64,000 nt of DNA from the NCBI GenBank assembly GCA_050008535.1, contig JBEKML010000001.1, forward strand, positions 130,246-194,245, read 5' to 3'. The position numbers were made by a program, and so were the translations under genes. Of this stretch, positions 26,923 to 35,246 are shown one piece after another (the stretch's first letter is position 1; the number at the start of each line of letters is the position of its first letter). Source of the DNA: Minisyncoccia bacterium (GTDB lineage Bacteria; Patescibacteriota; Minisyncoccia; UBA6257; 2-01-FULL-56-20). The notes beneath the pieces were generated by a model. It ran no database searches and had not been told where the DNA came from. It saw only the letters and a list, made by a program, of their open reading frames with translations.

Positions 26923-28656
26923 ATGCCCGACGAAAACCAGGATAAATTCAAGGACGTAAAACAGATCATTGCGCCGGCGGGCGCCCAGGTGTTCCCAAGC
27001 TATTTAAAGATCGGCGACAAGCTTGCGAAGACCTTTTTCGTCTTCTCCTATCCGCGCTACCTTGCGACGGGATGGTTCGAGCCGCTTATCAACCTTCCCA
27101 ATCTTTTTGATATTTCGATCTTTATAAATCCGATCGATACCGGCACGGCGCTCAAAAATCTCCGCAAGAAAGCGGGGCAGCTGGAGTCCCAAATGAACGA
27201 CGAACAGGACAAGGGGCTTGTGCGGAACCCGATGCTTGAGACCGCCATCAAAGACGTGGAGAATCTGCGCGACGCGCTTCAACAGTCGGAAGAGAAACTT
27301 TTTGACACCGGTGTTTATATTACGATCTATGCCGACGACAGCCAGGAGCTTGCCCGTCTTGAAAGTAAGCTTGTTACGATGATGGAGGCAAAGCTCATCT
27401 ATCTCAAGCCCGCGCTCTTTGAACAACTTGAAGGGCTTTCCTCCGTCCTTCCCCTCGATGAGGATAGCGTCCAGGTCTACACGCCGATGGACACGAACCC
27501 TATTTCCTCGTTTTTCCCGTTCGTCTCGGAAGACCTCTCGTCAAACCAGGGGATCATGTACGGCATCAATTTGCATAATAATAATTTGGTGATCTTCGAC
27601 CGCTTCTCGCTTGAGAACGCGAACCAGGTGGTCTTCGCGAAATCCGGTTCGGGAAAATCCTACACGACAAAGCTCGAGATCGTCCGCTCGCTTATGGCGG
27701 GCGTGGACATGGTGCTTGTGATCGACCCCGAGAACGAATATCAACGGCTTGCGAACACTTTTGGCGGCAGCATGTTCAACATCTCGCTCTCTTCGCACGA
27801 GCATATCAATCCGTTCGATCTTCCGCTTATCCCGGAGGGTGAAACACCGTCGGATGTCCTGCGCTCGCACATCGTGACCCTCGCAAGCTTATTGAAGCTG
27901 ATGTTGGGCAAGCTCACGCCGGAAGAAGATTCGATCCTTGACCGTGCGATCACCGAAACCTACGCCTCGCGCGAGATCGTCATTGATGCCGACTTTACCG
28001 GGAAGGAAGCGCCGCTTTTGGGCGATCTCGAAGTCGTGCTCCGCAACCTTGAGGGCGGCAAAGGCCTGGCGGAAAAACTCTATAAATACACCAAGGGGAG
28101 CTTCGCCGGGTTCTTGAATCAGCCGACCAATATTGATATCAATAATCGCCTTATTATTTTCTCCATCCGCGACCTTGAAGAGGAATTGCGTCCGATCGGG
28201 ATGTTCGTCGTCTTGAATTTCATCTGGAGCCTGATCCGCGCAAAACTCGCGAAGCGGCTGCTCTTTATTGATGAGGCGTGGATCATGATGAAGAACGAGG
28301 ACAGCGCCACGTTTCTTTTTGGCCTCGTAAAGCGCGCCCGTAAATACTTCCTGGGCGTATCCACCATCACGCAGGACGTGGAGGACTTTTTGCGCTCGCC
28401 GTACGGCCGGCCCATCATCACAAACTCGTCCCTGCAGATGCTTTTGAAACAGGCGCCGGCGACCATAGACGTCGTCGCGAAAGCGTTTGACCTTACCGAT
28501 GCCGAGAAAAATTTCTTGCTCAGCGCGGAGGTCGGCACCGGCATCTTCTTCGCCGGCAAGCGCCACGTGGCCATCCAAATCGTGCCATCGTATTTTGAGG
28601 ATCAGATCATCACCACGAACCCCGAGCAGCTGCTTGAGGAGAAAAAGGAACAATAG
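26923..28656 (+). CDS. virB4: VirB4-like ATPase
   Basis: AKSGSGKS Walker A, VIDPENEY, INPFD, FIDEAW Walker B, KRARKY, ITQDVEDF. Confidence 0.92.
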   Translation: MPDENQDKFKDVKQIIAPAGAQVFPSYLKIGDKLAKTFFVFSYPRYLATGWFEPLINLPNLFDISIFINPIDTGTALKNLRKKAGQLESQMNDEQDKGLVRNPMLETAIKDVENLRDALQQSEEKLFDTGVYITIYADDSQELARLESKLVTMMEAKLIYLKPALFEQLEGLSSVLPLDEDSVQVYTPMDTNPISSFFPFVSEDLSSNQGIMYGINLHNNNLVIFDRFSLENANQVVFAKSGSGKSYTTKLEIVRSLMAGVDMVLVIDPENEYQRLANTFGGSMFNISLSSHEHINPFDLPLIPEGETPSDVLRSHIVTLASLLKLMLGKLTPEEDSILDRAITETYASREIVIDADFTGKEAPLLGDLEVVLRNLEGGKGLAEKLYKYTKGSFAGFLNQPTNIDINNRLIIFSIRDLEEELRPIGMFVVLNFIWSLIRAKLAKRLLFIDEAWIMMKNEDSATFLFGLVKRARKYFLGVSTITQDVEDFLRSPYGRPIITNSSLQMLLKQAPATIDVVAKAFDLTDAEKNFLLSAEVGTGIFFAGKRHVAIQIVPSYFEDQIITTNPEQLLEEKKEQ

Positions 28657-28676
28657 CGACCACCGGGCGCACGCAC

Positions 28677-29576
28677 ATGGACGACGAAAACAAGGAGGAA
28701 GGTAAAATAGATTGGTTCAGCACCGAGGCGGTCACCATTTTCACCACCGCGTTCATTGGCGATGTTCTTTGTGTTCTGTTCTTGCCTCACTATATTGCCG
28801 GTGCCATGGCATATAGTTTTTTATGGCCGAAAACGCATGGCTTTCTGGCAAAAACGGTTCTCGTCATAGCATTTTTGATCCCCATTCCTTTTATCCTTTC
28901 TTTGGGCGCGTGGCTCGCGATATTCCTATCTAACAAGATCATCGCTGCTATCGCCACGCAGGTGGTGATCCAAGCCGTCGCAGCCGGCACGGGCGGCGCC
29001 GGAGAGGCACTTGAAGTGGGTGCCGTCGCCGCAGAAACAGCGGAGGTGGGGGCGGCAGCGGCCGAAGCAGGGGCGGCGGCGACAGAGGTTGGCGCGACAG
29101 CAGTAGAAACGGGGGCGGCGGCAGGCGGAACAACAGGAGCGGGCGCAGCAGCGGCAGAAACAGGAGGGGTGGCGGCAGAAGGGACCGAAGCAGCGGGAGC
29201 CGCCGGAGGAGGTGCCAGGGTCACGGGAGAGGGCGTAGGCGCAGGGGAAGGCGCAGGGGAAGGCGCTGCTGGAGAGGCTGGCGCACCCGAGGTGGAGCCA
29301 GAGGCACTTGGCGAAGAAAGAGAACCGATGGAAAAACTCGAAAAAGAACTTTTTAAGGAAACACCAAAAACAGAGGGTCCTGCCGAGGCTCCGGAAGAGG
29401 AGACGCCCCAAAAAGAGGAAACCGACGCCGAGAAAAAGACCCGCGAGGCTCGCGAAAGAGCTGAAAAGATTAAGGAATGGATGGATCGGCTCCGACCGAA
29501 GGAAGAGGAGGAAGAAGGCAAGGCGGAGGACGAAGAGGAAGAAAATGGCGGAGAAGATATGCCCTTGGCGGCATAA
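28677..29576 (+). CDS. membrane protein with Ala/Gly/Glu low-complexity tail
   Basis: N-terminal TM helices, GA-rich middle, Glu-rich end; co-oriented in cluster. Confidence 0.72.
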   Translation: MDDENKEEGKIDWFSTEAVTIFTTAFIGDVLCVLFLPHYIAGAMAYSFLWPKTHGFLAKTVLVIAFLIPIPFILSLGAWLAIFLSNKIIAAIATQVVIQAVAAGTGGAGEALEVGAVAAETAEVGAAAAEAGAAATEVGATAVETGAAAGGTTGAGAAAAETGGVAAEGTEAAGAAGGGARVTGEGVGAGEGAGEGAAGEAGAPEVEPEALGEEREPMEKLEKELFKETPKTEGPAEAPEEETPQKEETDAEKKTREARERAEKIKEWMDRLRPKEEEEEGKAEDEEEENGGEDMPLAA

Positions 29577-29610
29577 AAGAAGGCGATAAACAATGTGGTA
29601 CAATAAAAGT

Positions 29611-30315
29611 ATGGTGCAAAATGGTTTTTTAAAAAAAGCTGTGTTTGCTATACTAATTGTAATTTTCACGCTCTTCGTCGTTCTCCAAACCAACGCCCAA
29701 ACGGCACAGCCCTCCTTGCCACAATTTTTGGTGACTTGGCGCGCCCTCAATAGTTTTGTACCGCCACTTTATGTCGGGAAGGTCCTCCCGGGAGCCAGGT
29801 CGCGGATCACGGCCTCGCTCGAACTTGTTTCCAATGGAAAACTCGTTAACCTAAAATCGCAGACGATTTATTGGTATTTAAACGACAACCTTCTGGGCGG
29901 CGGCGCCGGAATGCAACGCATAACCTTTTCCCCTTACGACGGCACGGCCGGTACGCTTGTGTTGAGGATTGAACTGCCGGATTTTGGAGGAAAACTTCTG
30001 ATGCACGAGGTGACAATCCCCGTTGTAAGGCCGGTGGCAGTGATCTACGCGCCCTACCCCAACGACCAATTTTCAGGAAGCCAGGCGACCGTAAAAGCGT
30101 TGCCTTATTTTTTCAACGCATCTTCATCGGCGCTTGCTTTTGAATGGTCCGTCAATGGTGTCTCCGTAGAAAGCAAAGAGGGGCCCGATATCCTTCATGT
30201 TAATCTCCCCGGTGACACCCCGTCCAATTCTAAAGTCAACATCTCGCTCACCATGCAGAACCCGGGGGACTCAACCATGGCCATCGCGTCAAAAAACCTC
30301 ATTTACCAAAAATAG
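29611..30315 (+). CDS. exported beta-sandwich (Ig-like) hypothetical protein
   Basis: Signal peptide, two beta-rich repeats (IYWYLN / FEWSVNG); start reset to ATG after TGGTACAAT. Confidence 0.72.
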   Translation: MVQNGFLKKAVFAILIVIFTLFVVLQTNAQTAQPSLPQFLVTWRALNSFVPPLYVGKVLPGARSRITASLELVSNGKLVNLKSQTIYWYLNDNLLGGGAGMQRITFSPYDGTAGTLVLRIELPDFGGKLLMHEVTIPVVRPVAVIYAPYPNDQFSGSQATVKALPYFFNASSSALAFEWSVNGVSVESKEGPDILHVNLPGDTPSNSKVNISLTMQNPGDSTMAIASKNLIYQK

Positions 30316-30317
30316 TT

Positions 30318-30791
30318 ATGAACTTGTTCATTGCAATCGCTCATGCGGCGACCGTCAACCTCAACATCCCCGGGTCAAGCGTTCCCTCCGCCGACATCCC
30401 AGGCATTATTAGAAATATTTATGACTTCGCCCTTCTCGCCGCGGGCATCCTTGCCTTCGGGGCCATCGTCTGGGGCGGGATCAGGTATGCCACAGGGAAA
30501 GGGAATCCCTCATCGGAGACCGAAGGCAAGAGCTGGATCACGAACGCCCTCCTTGGGCTCCTGCTCCTGGTGGGCGCCTATATCGTCCTCTACACCATCA
30601 ATCCAGACATCGTCTCATTGCAGATAACGGGGGTCACGCCGCTTAGCGGGGCGCCAGCGGGGACCGCTGGCAACTCCGGCGCAGGGACGGGAGGGGGAGT
30701 AGCCAGTGGCCAATCGTGTCGTTTTGACAGAGACTGCGCATCGCTATCGTGCAAGCTTGATGTTAGTAAAGACGGATGGTATTGCAAATAA
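30318..30791 (+). CDS. VirB2/TrbC-like pilin with Cys-rich tail
   Basis: ILAFGAIVWGGIRY...GKSWITNALLGLLLLVGAYIVLYTINPD. Confidence 0.85.
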   Translation: MNLFIAIAHAATVNLNIPGSSVPSADIPGIIRNIYDFALLAAGILAFGAIVWGGIRYATGKGNPSSETEGKSWITNALLGLLLLVGAYIVLYTINPDIVSLQITGVTPLSGAPAGTAGNSGAGTGGGVASGQSCRFDRDCASLSCKLDVSKDGWYCK

Positions 30792-30792
30792 A

Positions 30793-32043
30793 ATGACTAG
30801 GCGCTATTTAATCATTGGGGTTGTCATCATCGTCATCCTTGGGCTGGTCGCTATTTGGTGGTTCTTCTTGCGTGGCACAACGACCCCGCCGGCGCCGGCC
30901 GGGAGCACGGGAATTCTCCCGCAGACGGGGGGGGCGCAAACCGGCACGGGGACCAGCGGCAATCTCCCCTCCGGCGGGAATCCTGTCGCGGGCATCCCGA
31001 ACGCCGCAACGAAATTTGGCGTTGTGTCGGATGAGCCCGTCCTCGCTTATTTTGTGGATGCAGGAAACAATGTGATCATTGTTGAGCCGGATGGGAAAAT
31101 TGCACGCGTCACGAACGGCCAAACTACTTTCTTAAGTTCGTCACAAATTGCAAACTTGATGGCTGCCAGTTTCTCGTATGACGGCGCGAAGGCGTTGGTA
31201 AGTTTCGGCGATCGGGACAATCCACAAACCAGCATTTTTGATCTCGCCACAAAAGCCTGGGCCCCGCTCACGATGGGTATTATTTCCCCTGTCTGGTCGC
31301 CAAGCGATTATCGCATTGCCTATCTCGCCTCCAATACGGACGGCACGAAAACGCTCGCCACGCTTAACGCCGCAAAAACAACCGCCAAGCCGAGCACGCT
31401 CCTTTCCCTAAACGCGCAGGATCTTTCCCTTGTTTGGCCCAGCAAGAACAACATCGTTCTCTCCGAGAAACCCAGCGCGCTCACGAACGGATCTGCTCTG
31501 CTCTTTAACCTCCAAAACCAAACACTCACTCCTATAACCCTTGAAGTGTCCGGCTTTGAAGCGCTCTGGAATGGTAACGCAACAAGCGCAGCCGCAACTC
31601 CTTTTGGCCTTGTGTTTTCTGCAAACACCCCGCGGCCAGGCGGACGACTGCGGCTGATCAACCCTTCCGGGAATACCGTGCAGAGCGTAAATTTCCTCAC
31701 CCTGCCTTCAAAATGTCTTTTCCACCGCGAAAGCCCCGTGCTCCCGCCCGGCGCTTCTTCCACCACCTCCACGGTACCGGTGGCGCCGTACCTTGCGCTT
31801 TATTGTGCGGTGCCAGAGGACCAGGACGAGCTCTCAAGTGCCCGGTTGCCCGACGATTATGAACAGATGGCGCTTTTCACCGCAGATGCCTTCTATGGTA
31901 TCCACACCGACACCGGTGCGATGGACAGCGTCTTCTCTCCGCCGCAGAACATGGATGCCGCGGACCTGGGCATTTTCAACCACATACTTTTCTTCATCAA
32001 CCGCTACGACCAAAAGCTGTACGCTATTTCGCTCACCCAATAA
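30793..32043 (+). CDS. membrane-anchored beta-propeller-like protein
   Basis: N-terminal TM; FSYDGAKA and WSPSDYRIAY repeats; LPSKC, LPDDY, LFFINRYD motifs. Confidence 0.75.
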   Translation: MTRRYLIIGVVIIVILGLVAIWWFFLRGTTTPPAPAGSTGILPQTGGAQTGTGTSGNLPSGGNPVAGIPNAATKFGVVSDEPVLAYFVDAGNNVIIVEPDGKIARVTNGQTTFLSSSQIANLMAASFSYDGAKALVSFGDRDNPQTSIFDLATKAWAPLTMGIISPVWSPSDYRIAYLASNTDGTKTLATLNAAKTTAKPSTLLSLNAQDLSLVWPSKNNIVLSEKPSALTNGSALLFNLQNQTLTPITLEVSGFEALWNGNATSAAATPFGLVFSANTPRPGGRLRLINPSGNTVQSVNFLTLPSKCLFHRESPVLPPGASSTTSTVPVAPYLALYCAVPEDQDELSSARLPDDYEQMALFTADAFYGIHTDTGAMDSVFSPPQNMDAADLGIFNHILFFINRYDQKLYAISLTQ

Positions 32044-32046
32044 CTA

Positions 32047-32487
32047 CTATAAGATCGGCTTGATGATCACGTACCGTTCCTTCCCTTCACCGACGGATTC
32101 CGTCGTCACCTCGGGATGGATCGCAAGCTCGACGTGCACGAGGCGCCGCTCATAAGAGTTCATTACCGGAAGCGGCACTTCGGCTTTTGTCGTGAGCGCC
32201 TTCTTCGCCGCCGCGCGCGCGAGCTCCATGATAAGATTTTCCCGTTCCTGCCGATAATTATTCACATCAAGAAAGATGAGGTCGATCGCATTTTTTTTGG
32301 CGATCATTTGGAATAAATGGTTTACGCTTTCTACGATGCTGGGAAGGTTCTCTTTAAGAAAGCCTCCGCCGTCGTAAATGAAAAGTGAACCGCGCTTTTC
32401 TTCCGGCTTGATCTCTATGTGGTAATCGCGGAATCCCATGAACTCAACGATGTTTTTCACGAGCGTCTCCCAGTTCTCCATTTTCAC
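32047..32487 (-). CDS. jag: Jag/KhpB-like KH + R3H RNA-binding protein (no N-terminal Jag domain)
   Basis: LDVNNYRQER, PVMNSYERRLVH, TESVGEGKERYVII. Confidence 0.9.
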   Translation of the reverse strand: MKMENWETLVKNIVEFMGFRDYHIEIKPEEKRGSLFIYDGGGFLKENLPSIVESVNHLFQMIAKKNAIDLIFLDVNNYRQERENLIMELARAAAKKALTTKAEVPLPVMNSYERRLVHVELAIHPEVTTESVGEGKERYVIIKPIL

Positions 32488-32563
32488 GTTACTATTCCAT
32501 ACTTCCGCCGCAAAATCAAGGACGGGACGGCGGATTTACTGGAAAACGTAACTCCCCGCGGGA

Positions 32564-35203
32564 TTAGTACGAATCGCAAGTATCCTGCCCTGCCGAAGTG
32601 TACGTTGGAGTGAACAGGCCCATTTGTTGTATGAGTGCCTTCATGGCGCTGTCCTGACTACCCCAAACAGCACAGTTAATGGGTTCCACTTGGATTTGCT
32701 TGGTGGTTACAGAAGACAGGGGGAGCTGATTTGTGATTATATTGGTTTGTGCAGCGGCCGGGACTGGCACAAGCGCATAATACTGGCCCGAACCCTGAGC
32801 CATAAACTGGTAGTCGGGAGTGTAGCACTCGCTCTGCCAATAGGTGACTGTCTGCACTTTCGGCGTGAGGCACGTCACGGTTACTTGGTGGGTTTCTGGA
32901 GCGACATAGGGAACCCATTTGGCGTTTACGCTGACCTTGATGGTAGAGGTTATGGCTGGCGAGGACGAGTCCTTGACTATAAATGAAGCCTGACCTCGCC
33001 CGACGCCGGTGATGCTGAGGTTCGTGCCGGAAAGGAGCACCGTTGCCACTCCTGCGCCCGGCGGGGTCGCCACACTATAAGGCGCCGTGCCAGCGATTAT
33101 GGCTATGTTAATCGTATCGTCAACCCTGATCACGGGATTTTGTTGTGAGATGGTCACTAAGCCCGGGCTGCTGACCGGACCACTTTCAGGGCAAACGGCT
33201 GTGGTGGGCACAAGATCCGTCGAGCGGCCCAGGGATCCGTCGTAGTTGGGATTGAACAATATGGGCGGGGTGGAGCGCGCTTTGGTCCACCACTCATGTA
33301 AGGTGTAGCGATAATCAACTGGGGGGAGTAGTGGATCGCCACCCTGCATGGTGTACACATCGTATTTAGTAGATGCTGGGGTGAGTTTGTAGAGGTTGTT
33401 CCACCCGGTTCCCAACGACTTACCTTTTATAAAATTATCAGCTTCTATTCTGGCGTATTGATCTATGCCTTCTTGGGTCGTATCTGGTCCGTAATTTATT
33501 ATGCTTCGCGCGTGGTCGTACACGGTCTGCCAGCTCAGGGTTTCTCCAAGTGCTTTCCCGCCATTAGCCACAATATCTGGGGTGGACGCCGCAGCGGTAG
33601 CCATCAATTGATAAGCTTGCTTTAGTAAAGTAGAGGCGGTGCATCGTTCCGGAGTGACGGTCCATTTGGTGACTTGGTCTATTTGTGTACATGCCCAAGG
33701 TTTGTCTGAGGGTACGGTACAGCTTCCGGCGGTTGGGGTAGGGATGGTTGAGCTAGTACTGCCTATTCTGGTTTGCATACCAGCCACGTTCTGTGAAATC
33801 CTGCTTATGGCCGGCGAAAAGAGGTCGGCGAGGTCGGACGCGGAAATGCCGTTCTGCTGCAACAGGGTCATCTGGCTTTGTATCTCCTGTAATTGCTGTG
33901 CGGACTCTTGAAGGATCGAGTCTAATGAGTTTTGAATTGCGTTAAGCGTGCTAGTTGACCCATATGGTGGGAGGGTAGTCCCACCGGCCTGGGCTTGGGT
34001 TAAAGTTTGTGGTTGTGCGTTGGCAGCCGTGGTGGCGGAATTTTGTATATTGGCCAAGTTTTGCGAAATCTGGTTTATGGCCGGCGAAAAGAGGTCGGCG
34101 AGGTCGGACGCGGAAATGCCGCTCTGCTGCAACAGGGTCATCTGGCTTTGTATTTCCTGCAGCTGCTGTGTGGATTCTTGAAGGACTTGATTCCATGAGG
34201 ATGAGGATTGGGTAGTGGCAAAAAACGGCGTAGAGCTCGATGTAGAAGTAACCACAGCGCCGGTTCCGCCGTTGTTTGATTGATTTTGGTTATATGCCGC
34301 CGGTGCCGGGGCATTGCAATGGTTGCTTATGTCATTTGGCACGACGTTCTGCCACGTCGAGGCAGTTACAAGGGCGTCTGTACCTATGGTCATGTCGCCA
34401 CAGGAAGTGTGCAGCGTGCAACTTAAATTGATGGTATAAGGAAGGCCCGTATTGAAATCCACGCCTATGGGCCCCATCCCCATCACTGCCGGTGCGCAAC
34501 TCACGTCATATCCCAAAGACCTTCCTATCCCCTCTGCAACCCGCGCCTCGTCGGCCGCCGCATAAAAGTTTGCGTGCTCGGGCGCGCACAGGCCGCCGGT
34601 TTCCGCTCCGGAACACACATTGATTCTCACATAACCGCCGTTGGGGCTGGGAACGAGACAGGTATTTGCGGAGGCATTATACGTATATGGAACGCATGCC
34701 GCTTGGGCCAGCGCAACGTCCGGGCGGCACATCGTGAAATTCGGGTTGGAAGGTGTCTCGTATCCCGTGCATGACGATGTGGAATTATACAATCCCGACG
34801 AATTCACCGTTACCTGGCCAGCAGGACATGACTCAGCCACGTCGCAGGGGGTATAGCTTGAAAGGTCGGCCTTGCACCCACGAAGCTGAATGGCGCAGCC
34901 GGGGACTGTTTTCTGGCACTTCAGGCTCTGGTTCCCGCCGCATTCGGTCGGATCAGGAGGGGGAGGAGGGGGAGGAGTTATTTTTTGGTCATCCGGACAG
35001 GTAGTGTTCAACATGCAACCGAATGGGCTCGTACAACCATTTATTTCCACCTTGCACCAATCGGCTTTTATGGTACAAGCCCGGGAGGCGTCCGAGCACA
35101 CGGCCCCTATTGCCGCATTCGCGGTCTCATATGAACGCATGACAACCGCAAAAAAGGCGACGACAACAACTAGCCCAACGGCAAAAAACAGATATTTTTT
35201 CAT
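32564..35203 (-). CDS. large secreted Cys-rich mosaic protein (paralogue A)
   Basis: Signal peptide, two 6-Cys modules, duplicated Gln-rich helical unit, Ig-like segment. Confidence 0.85.
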   Translation of the reverse strand: MKKYLFFAVGLVVVVAFFAVVMRSYETANAAIGAVCSDASRACTIKADWCKVEINGCTSPFGCMLNTTCPDDQKITPPPPPPPDPTECGGNQSLKCQKTVPGCAIQLRGCKADLSSYTPCDVAESCPAGQVTVNSSGLYNSTSSCTGYETPSNPNFTMCRPDVALAQAACVPYTYNASANTCLVPSPNGGYVRINVCSGAETGGLCAPEHANFYAAADEARVAEGIGRSLGYDVSCAPAVMGMGPIGVDFNTGLPYTINLSCTLHTSCGDMTIGTDALVTASTWQNVVPNDISNHCNAPAPAAYNQNQSNNGGTGAVVTSTSSSTPFFATTQSSSSWNQVLQESTQQLQEIQSQMTLLQQSGISASDLADLFSPAINQISQNLANIQNSATTAANAQPQTLTQAQAGGTTLPPYGSTSTLNAIQNSLDSILQESAQQLQEIQSQMTLLQQNGISASDLADLFSPAISRISQNVAGMQTRIGSTSSTIPTPTAGSCTVPSDKPWACTQIDQVTKWTVTPERCTASTLLKQAYQLMATAAASTPDIVANGGKALGETLSWQTVYDHARSIINYGPDTTQEGIDQYARIEADNFIKGKSLGTGWNNLYKLTPASTKYDVYTMQGGDPLLPPVDYRYTLHEWWTKARSTPPILFNPNYDGSLGRSTDLVPTTAVCPESGPVSSPGLVTISQQNPVIRVDDTINIAIIAGTAPYSVATPPGAGVATVLLSGTNLSITGVGRGQASFIVKDSSSPAITSTIKVSVNAKWVPYVAPETHQVTVTCLTPKVQTVTYWQSECYTPDYQFMAQGSGQYYALVPVPAAAQTNIITNQLPLSSVTTKQIQVEPINCAVWGSQDSAMKALIQQMGLFTPTYTSAGQDTCDSY
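33780..34221. repeat. ~440-bp block repeated at 36211-36649, with an internal ~110-bp duplication (offset 270)
   Basis: Direct DNA and protein alignment; one-codon indel between blocks. Confidence 0.92.
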
Positions 35204-35246
35204 ACCTATAGTATATCACGTTGCCGCAAATCGTCGCCGCTACTTA

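Noticed and set aside
26061-26923. Frameshifted single virB4 gene
   Set aside because: Overlaps come from over-extended ORF calls; clean ATGs at 26244 and 26923 follow the preceding stops.
28790-29750. Long antisense ORFs (267 and 274 aa)
   Set aside because: Shadows of a low-complexity plus-strand gene; the same applies to most antisense ORFs over ftsH, hppA, virB4, pyrG and others.
20489-32043. Integrative conjugative element or prophage
   Set aside because: No integrase, relaxase, att repeats or phage structural genes; flanked by core genes.
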